Shown piece after piece: positions 30,549 to 38,699 of a stretch of 64,000 bases of DNA. The notes under the pieces are model-generated. The model saw nothing but the letters and a program-made list of their open reading frames with translations. It was not told the origin of the DNA and ran no database searches. The stretch is from a virus: positions 75,596 through 139,595 of IMG/VR virus record IMGVR_UViG_3300046534_001374, one strand, 5' to 3'. Made by a program: the position numbers and the translations under genes. Each line of letters opens with the position of its first letter. The first letter of the stretch is position 1.

Positions 30549-33500
30549 CTACTCACAGGGAATACAATTAGAGTTCTTTGTCACTGAAAGTTCGCTGTCG
30601 GAAGCTCTAGTAAGAAGTTCCATAATGTCGTCTATATCTGTATTAGGATCTGCGATAAGATCGGTAATCTTATCGAAGTTGGAACTGTTTTCATTGCAGT
30701 CTTCAAATAACTTGAAAAGATTGGGATCTTGATATCTGATAGGGGTTTGTTTGCCCCTCAGTCTTGATTTTTTATGGACAACCTCTGGGGCTAAAATAGG
30801 TTCCGCACCAGCCGCCGCAGCACCACATTGACGGACATCATCATTAGTATCCAATAATGTAGAAGATATAGTAGCAACTGTATGCGAATGGGATGAATTG
30901 GTTAAACTGGACACTGCAACAGACACCACATCACCACCCATAGAATCTTTACCCATAATAATACCTGCGGGTAGATCGCTATAGCTTATAGTGGTTTCGG
31001 TTTCCGAGTATTGTAGAGGCGCTGTAATATGTTGAGTAGTCATACCACCTTCGTTGTGGATTCCACCCTTAACCACCATATTAGAGCTAATTGCTACACT
31101 AGAATCTAGTGCTACCGTTTTATACGACTCCCCGCCGATTAGATTGACTCTAGGTTTGATGGTAATGACATCAGCGGTAAGTTCCAGAGACTTACCACCA
31201 TCAAGCACCACCTCATTGTTAGAAGATATATTAACTTGATCAGCCGAGATAGTCATGATTCTACCTTGTAGCTCAAACATACCAAGAGTCTTCTGACTAA
31301 TACCATTCGCACCCACAAATAAAGCATATTTGTTTGATACCATCATAGAGTAATCACCGCCAGACAAACTATTAGTGGCGACGGGCTCAACGTGTGGAGT
31401 TGGGACATACATCGGGAATACACCTTTGCCAGACTTGGAAGGCATCTGACCCATAAGCTTCCTCTTCCCCACAGGATCGACTCTGATAGAATTCAAATCA
31501 TTCATATTAGAACCTACAAAGATTGTATGGGATCTAGAGATGTAGTCTGTTACATTACCACCTTTACTCAAACGATTTTCGAGTTCTGACATCTTATCAG
31601 AATTCGCATTGATCATATCAGGGATCTCTTTTTTCCTAGGATCTCTTTTAAAGACACCTTCGGCAGACCAAGGAACTTTACCGCTACCTTGGCAGTTGAA
31701 ACAATTCTCACGAGCTTCACTTGTTTCCGAAACAGTAGATTTACCAGCGGATAAACTTTCGGAAATACCGCCAGCACCATTAGGCATAGCGGGAGTGAAT
31801 GTAGACGGTGTAGTTGTCCTAGTTGGGAATTTGTTTTTTCCGTTGCATACAGGACAATCCGTAGTGTCCCCATCCTGCGTCTGTAGAGGCGAGGTATCCA
31901 ATTCATGACCAGAACCAGCCCTTTGTAAATCAAAGAGTTGTTGCGTATCATGGATGGGTTGGTGTAGTTCTTTAATTCTTTTTGATATGTCGGCATCACC
32001 TTTAACATTACCGAATTTATTATAAACATCACCCTTAACTATAAGCTCCTTATCACCTTGAATAAAGAATGAGCCATCACCCCTAACAGTTGAGAATTCA
32101 TCACCTTTAATCAAACGAGTTTTACCGCCAACCGCAAATTCGGTAGTCCCCATTTGATTCATCTCATAGGAACCGCCATGAGCAGAGCCAATTTTATATC
32201 TTTCACGGCCAGTGGTATCGACTATTTCCGCATATCCACCCCTACCATTTATTACGGTTTTACCCCTATATATATTTGATTCATCACCTTCCATTGGTTC
32301 GGGATTATCTGGAGATGGCGAACTAATATCATAAACCCCCGCATAGTCTTGGGGTTTAGGATTGTTTGCAAAAACGACAGGGTAATCTATATCTCCACCT
32401 TCGAAGAAAACCCACACATTAGCCCCCACATCGGGTGTTGAAAAAGAGCCACGGGAAACGTTATTGTAAGGGGTATGCGCAATAGAGTTCGAAGCAGGAT
32501 TTACTTTATTGTTTTCAGGTTTATCGGTGTAGTCTTTATTGTTGTTTGAGATGTATGTATCCAGTTTAGCTTGCGCTTCTGCCTTTTTCTCGGTATCGGA
32601 TTCGTCAATCTCTAAATTAGCCCAGAACAAATCTCTCTCCTCTCGAAGTGAATTTGCCGCCTCGACATTTTCGGTCGTTGGTTTGGTTCTTGCCAACTCG
32701 GAAGCTTCATAGATCTTTTTACCAAAATCCACAGTTTTTTTAATATCAGTATCGGAGATATCTATACTACTCAGAAAAGCCTCATCACGAGTTTCTTCGG
32801 GGTGTTTGTTACCGACAGCACCAAAAGCATCTCTGGTGGTTACAACCTTACCGCTAGCCAAAGGTCTGATAATATACCTCATGGCAAATTCCCTTTCGCC
32901 AATAGTTTCGCCATTATACCTCAATACAGCACCCGTTCTATCACCACCGACATTGGTTGAGATGCTAGTATTTTCATGCGGAGCCATCAAAACAGCACCT
33001 TGGATTTGCCCTAAAGTCTCAAGAAGAATCTTATTATATTCTCCTATGTTTTGAACAACACAATTGATAGCCGCCACATCTTTATTAAAGAAGGGTTCTG
33101 TGAATATTACAGGATTACTAGAAGGGAAGTTTTTCCTCTTGACACCTCGGTTTTTCCTCGGAACTCCGTGACTAGCGAAGAACTGCCCCAACCTTTGCAG
33201 GTATTGGGTGGCTCTATTTTCTTCATCCGAAGAAGCACCCGAGGGTATCAAGACTTCAAACCCTTTGGCGCTTGCACTAGCGGCATTGAAGTCTAATGAA
33301 ATCTTTCGATCACCAACTCTGGATTCAAATTTACCCATCTTGGCTTTGATATCATTCCTAGAGCCACAGAAGATTCTTACACCAGAATTAACAGAAAATC
33401 CCCCATCACAAGATCCTGAAGAAAATGCATTCGCAGCAGATTGTGTTGGCTTCGATATAGTTGGCTGCGGTGTCGAAGCGGGAACGGGCGGTGGTTTGAC

Positions 33501-34247
33501 ATCACCCCTTCTAAGCGGACCCCAGTAACGAGATAAGCCCCTAGTCCGACCACCCGCGATAATATTATCATCACTAAGTAATTTTTCTGCAATGCTAATA
33601 GTTTGATCAATATTAAATTGGGGGTCATAAAGTTGCTCCAATGTATACGCTTCCCCTGAAGGGTTGTAGCCTTTATTCTGCCCATCTTCCGGAGACAGTT
33701 GATATAGTCCATGTGATCCACTAGGTATGTCGGCACGGCCTTGATCGCCAACAGTCCCTGTTTTGAAGCTTGATTCCTTATATCCTAAAGTGACGAAGAA
33801 ATTAGCCCAACTTTCAGGGGAACCGTCAATATTAAACTGAGCAGCATCCGAAGGAATCTTTCCATTAAGTTGTGAGTTCCTAATAGCTCCTATGAAATAA
33901 GACCTAACCTCTTCGGGATCAACTCTACCTTCATCATCTGCGGAAACCGAACCATCAAATCCAGTGTAGCCATCCCCAAAAGTTTCAACCCCACCGTAAC
34001 CATAAGACGATCCACCACCAGCCATCACTGGTTGTGCAACTTCAGCCCAAGGCAAATTTTTAGAAACAGTATCGACTAATTTTTTACTATAACCATCAAC
34101 CAATCCCTTTTCACTACCTCCATTAGCATCTATATCTTGTTGATATATTTCTTTATGGACCGCAGGAACCCAAACCTTCACTTTACCCGCACGACTAGGA
34201 TCGGCTCTCTTAAAAACGATCCCTCTAAAATTTCCTAAATGTTGCAT
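30549..34247 (-). CDS. gp5: baseplate hub / tail spike (gp5-like) with peptidoglycan hydrolase domains
   Basis: RGIV..RADP..AGKVKVWVP, LPWA, P.VGA.VWVFFEGGD..YPV OB-fold motifs, beta-helix repeats, inserted enzymatic domains. Confidence 0.85.
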   Translation of the reverse strand: MQHLGNFRGIVFKRADPSRAGKVKVWVPAVHKEIYQQDIDANGGSEKGLVDGYSKKLVDTVSKNLPWAEVAQPVMAGGGSSYGYGGVETFGDGYTGFDGSVSADDEGRVDPEEVRSYFIGAIRNSQLNGKIPSDAAQFNIDGSPESWANFFVTLGYKESSFKTGTVGDQGRADIPSGSHGLYQLSPEDGQNKGYNPSGEAYTLEQLYDPQFNIDQTISIAEKLLSDDNIIAGGRTRGLSRYWGPLRRGDVKPPPVPASTPQPTISKPTQSAANAFSSGSCDGGFSVNSGVRIFCGSRNDIKAKMGKFESRVGDRKISLDFNAASASAKGFEVLIPSGASSDEENRATQYLQRLGQFFASHGVPRKNRGVKRKNFPSSNPVIFTEPFFNKDVAAINCVVQNIGEYNKILLETLGQIQGAVLMAPHENTSISTNVGGDRTGAVLRYNGETIGEREFAMRYIIRPLASGKVVTTRDAFGAVGNKHPEETRDEAFLSSIDISDTDIKKTVDFGKKIYEASELARTKPTTENVEAANSLREERDLFWANLEIDESDTEKKAEAQAKLDTYISNNNKDYTDKPENNKVNPASNSIAHTPYNNVSRGSFSTPDVGANVWVFFEGGDIDYPVVFANNPKPQDYAGVYDISSPSPDNPEPMEGDESNIYRGKTVINGRGGYAEIVDTTGRERYKIGSAHGGSYEMNQMGTTEFAVGGKTRLIKGDEFSTVRGDGSFFIQGDKELIVKGDVYNKFGNVKGDADISKRIKELHQPIHDTQQLFDLQRAGSGHELDTSPLQTQDGDTTDCPVCNGKNKFPTRTTTPSTFTPAMPNGAGGISESLSAGKSTVSETSEARENCFNCQGSGKVPWSAEGVFKRDPRKKEIPDMINANSDKMSELENRLSKGGNVTDYISRSHTIFVGSNMNDLNSIRVDPVGKRKLMGQMPSKSGKGVFPMYVPTPHVEPVATNSLSGGDYSMMVSNKYALFVGANGISQKTLGMFELQGRIMTISADQVNISSNNEVVLDGGKSLELTADVITIKPRVNLIGGESYKTVALDSSVAISSNMVVKGGIHNEGGMTTQHITAPLQYSETETTISYSDLPAGIIMGKDSMGGDVVSVAVSSLTNSSHSHTVATISSTLLDTNDDVRQCGAAAAGAEPILAPEVVHKKSRLRGKQTPIRYQDPNLFKLFEDCNENSSNFDKITDLIADPNTDIDDIMELLTRASDSELSVTKNSNCIPCE

Positions 34248-34251
34248 AATA

Positions 34252-35352
34252 TTAAGTTATTGGTGTTTCCAATCTGGTGTCTAAATCGGCAATAGCTGCA
34301 TCTAGTTGTTTAGCCCACGCCTTTTCAGCAGCAATGATATTAGTCGTATCACTAGACCCACCGGATAACGGAGGTTTTGAATTGTTGCTTGCATTGTTCT
34401 CGGTTTTATTGATCTTGTCTCCGAGTATATCAACAAATGCGGTTTCTCGACCGATAGAAATATTTAAAGGTTCGTTGGAAACGCTATATTCATGACACAT
34501 AGGATATAGATTGTTAATCTTTTTAACCAGATCCCCGTATTGTTGGAATAGAATTCCTAGATATTTTTTTCTGTTATCCAAAACATCCAAGAAGCTAAAA
34601 GTATCTTGTGCTAAATTATATAGATGCGCCAAAGGTTCGTCCATAATATTAAATATTTTACCATATGTGCATTTAGGTAAAACTCTCGAACCTAGTCTTT
34701 GGAATAGTCTGATATTGTCGTGGAAGTTTTCAGCATATTCAGGTAGCATACGAATCCATGTGTGTTGTCCTAGAACACTACTAAGTCCTGTGCTGTCCAA
34801 TACATTACCTATAATACCGTCAACCATATTTATTGCATTGTCAGGAATTATGATGTTAGAATAGATCGTTCCTAGAGCTTCTGAAACTTCCGTAAACAAC
34901 GGCATCTTATTCAGACTAGAGGTTATAGCCGTTCTAACACCATCAGGTAGGAGTATATCTACATTTTTAAGGTAACCACGCAAAAGAGTTGCAGACACAT
35001 CCTGAAGAGTAATGTCCCCGATAAGATCGCCCAGCTCACTCACATCCTTTACAATACGCTGTATACCTATAACCGTATTTTCAATCTCCAAAATTGAGGA
35101 TCTAAATCCCTCATCTCTACCGAATAGGTTTTTAGTGAATGATACTAATTCTGTGCTTGGACCCCTATAAGGCCCGTGCAGCTTCGCAACTTTGGCTACA
35201 GAATCCTCAACACTACCAACGGATTGATTTATGAGAGAAATGTTATCAAAAACTTTACGTGTTTTGTAACCATCTCGACTCGGCATTTGGGACTCTAAAT
35301 ATTCGCGACCAACAATCTCTGCTGCGGCGATGGGGTTACAAATATTACTCAC
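34252..35352 (-). CDS. probable virion structural protein
   Basis: 366-aa ORF upstream of gp5, GTG start with TAAGTA-N6 late motif. Confidence 0.6.
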   Translation of the reverse strand: MSNICNPIAAAEIVGREYLESQMPSRDGYKTRKVFDNISLINQSVGSVEDSVAKVAKLHGPYRGPSTELVSFTKNLFGRDEGFRSSILEIENTVIGIQRIVKDVSELGDLIGDITLQDVSATLLRGYLKNVDILLPDGVRTAITSSLNKMPLFTEVSEALGTIYSNIIIPDNAINMVDGIIGNVLDSTGLSSVLGQHTWIRMLPEYAENFHDNIRLFQRLGSRVLPKCTYGKIFNIMDEPLAHLYNLAQDTFSFLDVLDNRKKYLGILFQQYGDLVKKINNLYPMCHEYSVSNEPLNISIGRETAFVDILGDKINKTENNASNNSKPPLSGGSSDTTNIIAAEKAWAKQLDAAIADLDTRLETPIT

Positions 35353-35396
35353 TGAATTTACTTATGTTGTGGGTTTGTTATTACTAAGTATAACAT

Positions 35397-35654
35397 ATGA
35401 AAACAACGATTGCGGCTATTTTTGTTAACCTGCTAAAATTCCTAGCTGCTCGCGAATTAAATTCGAACGTTAGAACAATCATAGAACTCTATAATGAAGA
35501 AGAAAAACTTATATCAAAAATTAGCGAAGCTCACGGGTCTCTCGATTTTAGCCCTGATGGTTCTTACATCTTGCAACTCAAGCATAGGCTTGAAGCCAAT
35601 AGAAACATCATCAAACTTCTCGAAGCCAAAACGCTTCCAAGTTCCAGCGAATAG
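35397..35654 (+). CDS. candidate i-spanin (Rz-like)
   Basis: N-terminal hydrophobic segment then helical region; late motif TAAGTA-N6; overlaps a lipoprotein ORF. Confidence 0.5.
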   Translation: MKTTIAAIFVNLLKFLAARELNSNVRTIIELYNEEEKLISKISEAHGSLDFSPDGSYILQLKHRLEANRNIIKLLEAKTLPSSSE

Positions 35655-35757
35655 TAAAGTGGTATTTAAAGGGAAGGTATTCACATTACCCGAAGATACC
35701 GATGTTGTTACTTTGGAACAACACAAAGAAGAGGTAACTAGATTACTAATAGATTAA
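35494..35757 (+). CDS. candidate o-spanin lipoprotein (Rz1-like)
   Basis: Basic N-terminus, hydrophobic core, lipobox LTSC; +1 frame overlap with 35397 ORF. Confidence 0.6.
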   Translation: MKKKNLYQKLAKLTGLSILALMVLTSCNSSIGLKPIETSSNFSKPKRFQVPANSKVVFKGKVFTLPEDTDVVTLEQHKEEVTRLLID

Positions 35758-35930
35758 CCTTCTAGTAATTGCTTTTCTCCATCCGGTTCGATGCTTTCTT
35801 CTATTTTTAGTTGGTCCAAGTTTTTGAGAATTAAGATAGGGTATTCAACCCATCTATGAGGGGCATCATTGAGAAGATCGATTAATTGGGTTAATTTAGA
35901 TTCCTCAATAACAAATAATTTTTCATCCAT
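35754..35930 (-). CDS. small hypothetical protein
   Basis: ATG 35930 (MDEKLFV) with TAATTA-N5 motif. Confidence 0.55.
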   Translation of the reverse strand: MDEKLFVIEESKLTQLIDLLNDAPHRWVEYPILILKNLDQLKIEESIEPDGEKQLLEG

Positions 35931-35969
35931 ATTTTTAATTATCGGGAGATTGGTTTTAAACAATTATTT

Positions 35970-36088
35970 TATGAACGTCAAAGTGGAGGCGCGATCTAAA
36001 CCGAACTCCGTTCGGGATTAAAACGCGATCTAATATAAAACTCAACTAAGTTAGCGGTAGATCGTCGCTCTCCCACGCCTTGTTGTCT
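35970..36088 (-). repeat. attC: attC site 1 (R'' AGACAAC, R' GTTCATA)
   Basis: 119 bp; 16-bp stem GTGGAGGCGCGATCTA / TAGATCG[T]CGC[T]CTC[C]CAC on + strand. Confidence 0.87.
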
Positions 36089-36135
36089 CTTCAAGTAAAA
36101 CTTGAACTATTGATTTCGACATCTAATTAAATGTG

Positions 36136-36333
36136 ATGAAAAGTAAAATCAAAGCATGGTGGGAAACATTTTGGTTCAAATATGTCCCTGCTTCTACAAG
36201 TCAAGTGTTGTCGTGGCAGAGTAAACAGCGCGAGGAGCTGAATCGTCGGGATGCGGAGCGATATTACAATCGTCAAAATATGAAGAATAATCAACAAAAG
36301 CAGAAAGACGGTCCTGAAAATCACGAAGGATAG
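36136..36333 (+). CDS. cassette A reverse ORF (late motif)
   Basis: TAATTA-N6-ATG; MKSKIKAWWETFWFKYV... Confidence 0.55.
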   Translation: MKSKIKAWWETFWFKYVPASTSQVLSWQSKQREELNRRDAERYYNRQNMKNNQQKQKDGPENHEG

Positions 36334-36511
36334 CCTCCAATTCACCACTAATAAAAGATTCTTCTATTACTTCTCCGTTTGGTTGAAAAGTTTTTCCACT
36401 GAATTTCTCATCATACGATTCATCTGAGAGTTTCTCCTTGATCACAATCCTAACGGATGATAAGTTGGAAAACGTGTAATCTAATTCGTGGTGTTTTGAG
36501 AATCTATTCAT
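36194..36511 (-). CDS. cassette A forward ORF
   Basis: ATG ~15 nt after the G/TT crossover, 105 aa. Confidence 0.55.
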   Translation of the reverse strand: MNRFSKHHELDYTFSNLSSVRIVIKEKLSDESYDEKFSGKTFQPNGEVIEESFISGELEAILRDFQDRLSAFVDYSSYFDDCNIAPHPDDSAPRAVYSATTTLDL

Positions 36512-36520
36512 GATTTTCTA

Positions 36521-36652
36521 AGACAACGATGGAGCATATCTAATCAATACCAATTTCAATATGAATACAAAAAATAATAAACAAACAACTAATGACTCCT
36601 CCAAAACCAACCAAGGTAGCGGTAGTGAGTTAGATACTGCGCCTTGTTCACC
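36521..36652 (-). repeat. attC: attC site 2, divergent type (R'' GGTGAAC, R' GTTGTCT)
   Basis: 132 bp; stem GCATATCTAATC / GA[G]TTAGATA[C]TGC, 5/6-nt spacers, shares TAGCGGTAG with the other copies. Confidence 0.8.
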
Positions 36653-36920
36653 TCTCCGTCTTTTTGATCTGACTAAGACAACACCAGAAATGGTTGAACA
36701 AGAATCAAATTACGAATCCCCTACTTTGAAGCAGAAACAACTAGCTCTGAAAAAAGAGGTATATCCAGATCAATCCCCGCAAGCTCTATCAAAGAGTTAT
36801 CAAGACGCTCTTGAGCTTGGTTACGTGAAACCTCAGAATCCCAATTTTGATTGGGAACCTTATAAAGATTTGGTTTGTAGATTGGTAAATTCCGAAGATC
36901 AGATTTCAGCTTCGGTATAA
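36561..36920 (+). CDS. cassette B reverse ORF starting inside attC2
   Basis: 119 aa, reads through the R'' box as ELDTAPCSP. Confidence 0.45.
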   Translation: MNTKNNKQTTNDSSKTNQGSGSELDTAPCSPLRLFDLTKTTPEMVEQESNYESPTLKQKQLALKKEVYPDQSPQALSKSYQDALELGYVKPQNPNFDWEPYKDLVCRLVNSEDQISASV

Positions 36921-36996
36921 TATATTGAAGCTGTTTCTTCCTGTGGTGTAATGATTCTAGTATTTCTAGGCATTGTGCTTTTGTTGGATCGGGCAT
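36721..36996 (-). CDS. cassette B forward ORF
   Basis: ATG ~18 nt after crossover, 91 aa. Confidence 0.45.
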   Translation of the reverse strand: MPDPTKAQCLEILESLHHRKKQLQYIIPKLKSDLRNLPIYKPNLYKVPNQNWDSEVSRNQAQERLDNSLIELAGIDLDIPLFSELVVSASK

Positions 36997-37008
36997 GTCC
37001 TATTTCTA

Positions 37009-37127
37009 GGTGAACGTCAATGTGGAGGCGCGATCTAAACCGAACTCCGTTCGGGATTAAAACGCGATCTAATATAAAAATAAACTAAGTTAGCGGTAGA
37101 TCGTCGCTCTCTCACGTCTTGTTAGCC
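37009..37127 (-). repeat. attC: attC site 3 (R'' GGCTAAC, R' GTTCACC)
   Basis: 119-bp copy of the repeat family. Confidence 0.88.
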
Positions 37128-37157
37128 CTTCAAATGGTTTTAGGGATAAATATAAGC

Positions 37158-37352
37158 ATGAGAAAACCAAACAGCCCACTAAGAACAATGGATAAGCTCC
37201 TTAAGCCATACATGCAGGAAATAAAAAATCCCGATAGCTGTGATGATCTACTAAATTATTTTGCAGATTGTATGGATGAATGGTGGAATAATCTAGATGC
37301 ACGAAATAAAGAATGCCCCCTTCCCCGAAAAGCTAATCTAGAGAAAATATAG
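37158..37352 (+). CDS. cassette C reverse ORF (late motif)
   Basis: TAAATA-N5-ATG; 64 aa MRKPNSPLRTMDKLLKPY... Confidence 0.6.
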   Translation: MRKPNSPLRTMDKLLKPYMQEIKNPDSCDDLLNYFADCMDEWWNNLDARNKECPLPRKANLEKI

Positions 37353-37569
37353 TTCCGTCAGTTTCAATTCGTTTGGCAAAATCTTGTATCTTATCTTTAT
37401 CTTTCAGTGAATTTAGAGCTACTTCAATCTGAGAAGCCGTTAGATTCCCTTTTTCTTGTTCAGTGATATGCCATTCTCCAAAATCTTCAGAGTTTATTTT
37501 CTTTAAGATTTCGGTTTCCAGTTCTCTTTTTGGGTTTAGTCTAAGATTATAGTTATTTGGTTCTGACAT
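37333..37569 (-). CDS. cassette C forward ORF
   Basis: ATG ~23 nt after crossover, 78 aa. Confidence 0.6.
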   Translation of the reverse strand: MSEPNNYNLRLNPKRELETEILKKINSEDFGEWHITEQEKGNLTASQIEVALNSLKDKDKIQDFAKRIETDGTIFSLD

Positions 37570-37586
37570 GATTTCTTAGATTCTCG

Positions 37587-37704
37587 GGCTAACGTCAATG
37601 TGGAGGCGCGATCTAAACCGAACTCCGTTCGGAATTAAAACGCGATAATACATAAACATAACTAAGCTAGCGGTAGATCGTCGCCCTCTCACGCCTTGTT
37701 CTGC
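37587..37704 (-). repeat. attC: attC site 4 (R'' GCAGAAC, R' GTTAGCC)
   Basis: 118-bp copy of the repeat family. Confidence 0.88.
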
Positions 37705-37724
37705 ATCTGGGCCTAAGTATGAAT

Positions 37725-38075
37725 ATGACCTATGAACAAGAACGAATCCTAATAAACCAAACAATCCAAGATTACCTAAATTCATGGCATCATCGCATCT
37801 GGACCCAAGCGATCACTCAACTTGACCTGTCAGTTCCAAATACCCCCTTTCGTCTTGTGAGATTTGAACTAGGGCGACTTCTTCTTGTTTTATCTCACCT
37901 TGTGTTTGTCGGTTCCCATCTAAAAGACAGAGTGCTTCAAACATTCGGTGCTGGGGAAAAATTTGACACCTTACAAGGTCCAGTGGCAACATTAGGTTTT
38001 CGAGATCAGTTCTCAGACTATACCAAAATCTACCGACATAAGATCCACCACGAAGATCAAAATCGTTGCAAATGA
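37725..38075 (+). CDS. cassette D reverse ORF (late motif)
   Basis: TAAGTA-N5-ATG; MTYEQERILINQTIQDYL... Confidence 0.5.
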   Translation: MTYEQERILINQTIQDYLNSWHHRIWTQAITQLDLSVPNTPFRLVRFELGRLLLVLSHLVFVGSHLKDRVLQTFGAGEKFDTLQGPVATLGFRDQFSDYTKIYRHKIHHEDQNRCK

Positions 38076-38187
38076 AAATAATCCTTTCGGAGCTTTGATA
38101 TACCATTTTCGCATCAAGAAAATTACTTAGATCAAGTTCTTCGTCGGGATCACTATAATACAGTCTAAAATATGTAGGTTTACTCAT
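37813..38187 (-). CDS. cassette D forward ORF
   Basis: ATG ~22 nt after crossover, 124 aa. Confidence 0.55.
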   Translation of the reverse strand: MSKPTYFRLYYSDPDEELDLSNFLDAKMVYQSSERIIFICNDFDLRGGSYVGRFWYSLRTDLENLMLPLDLVRCQIFPQHRMFEALCLLDGNRQTQGEIKQEEVALVQISQDERGYLELTGQVE

Positions 38188-38203
38188 GGATTCTTAGTTT
38201 CTA

Positions 38204-38322
38204 GCAGAACGTCAATGTGGAGGCGCGATCTAAACCGAACGTAGTTCGGGATTAAAACGCGATCTAATATAAAAATAAACTAAGTTAGCGGTAGATCGTC
38301 GTCCTCCCACGTCTTGTTCTGC
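38204..38322 (-). repeat. attC: attC site 5 (R'' GCAGAAC, R' GTTCTGC)
   Basis: 119-bp copy of the repeat family. Confidence 0.88.
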
Positions 38323-38363
38323 ATCTGGATTTGAAAAGTTTGATGTGATTACTAATTAAAGTA

Positions 38364-38513
38364 ATGAACGAACAAAAAACTTTGGTGTATGATGGTGAAC
38401 TAACTCTAGACGAAGCCAGAAACAAAATCAGAAACAAAGATGGTTCAAAACTTACGGATGCGGAGTTTGTTGAATTATTCCAACCCTTTACCAAGGAAGC
38501 TTCTCGTCCCTAA
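38364..38513 (+). CDS. cassette E reverse ORF (late motif), 49 aa
   Basis: TAATTA-N5-ATG; MNEQKTLVYDGELTLDEARNKIRNKDGSKLTDAEFVELFQPFTKEASRP (below ORF-track cutoff, translated by hand). Confidence 0.55.
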   Translation: MNEQKTLVYDGELTLDEARNKIRNKDGSKLTDAEFVELFQPFTKEASRP

Positions 38514-38676
38514 TTTCAATATTGTTTAAAATCACAAGCGGTAACCCCTCATTTGTTCGTTTAGTAATTTTAGATTGTTTCTCACACCACTCCATTTCTG
38601 ATTGATTTGGTGTTTGGAATGACCAAATATAATATTCTGGTCCTTGTGAGTTGGTTACGGTGTATTGCTGGATCAT
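38488..38676 (-). CDS. cassette E forward ORF
   Basis: ATG ~29 nt after crossover, 62 aa. Confidence 0.55.
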   Translation of the reverse strand: MIQQYTVTNSQGPEYYIWSFQTPNQSEMEWCEKQSKITKRTNEGLPLVILNNIEIRDEKLPW

Positions 38677-38699
38677 AATTATCTAGTAGGTAATTTATT

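Noticed and set aside
37576-37785. 69-aa minus ORF (and similarly 38285..38494)
   Set aside because: Reads through attC repeat sequence and lies antisense to motif-supported ORFs; likely spurious
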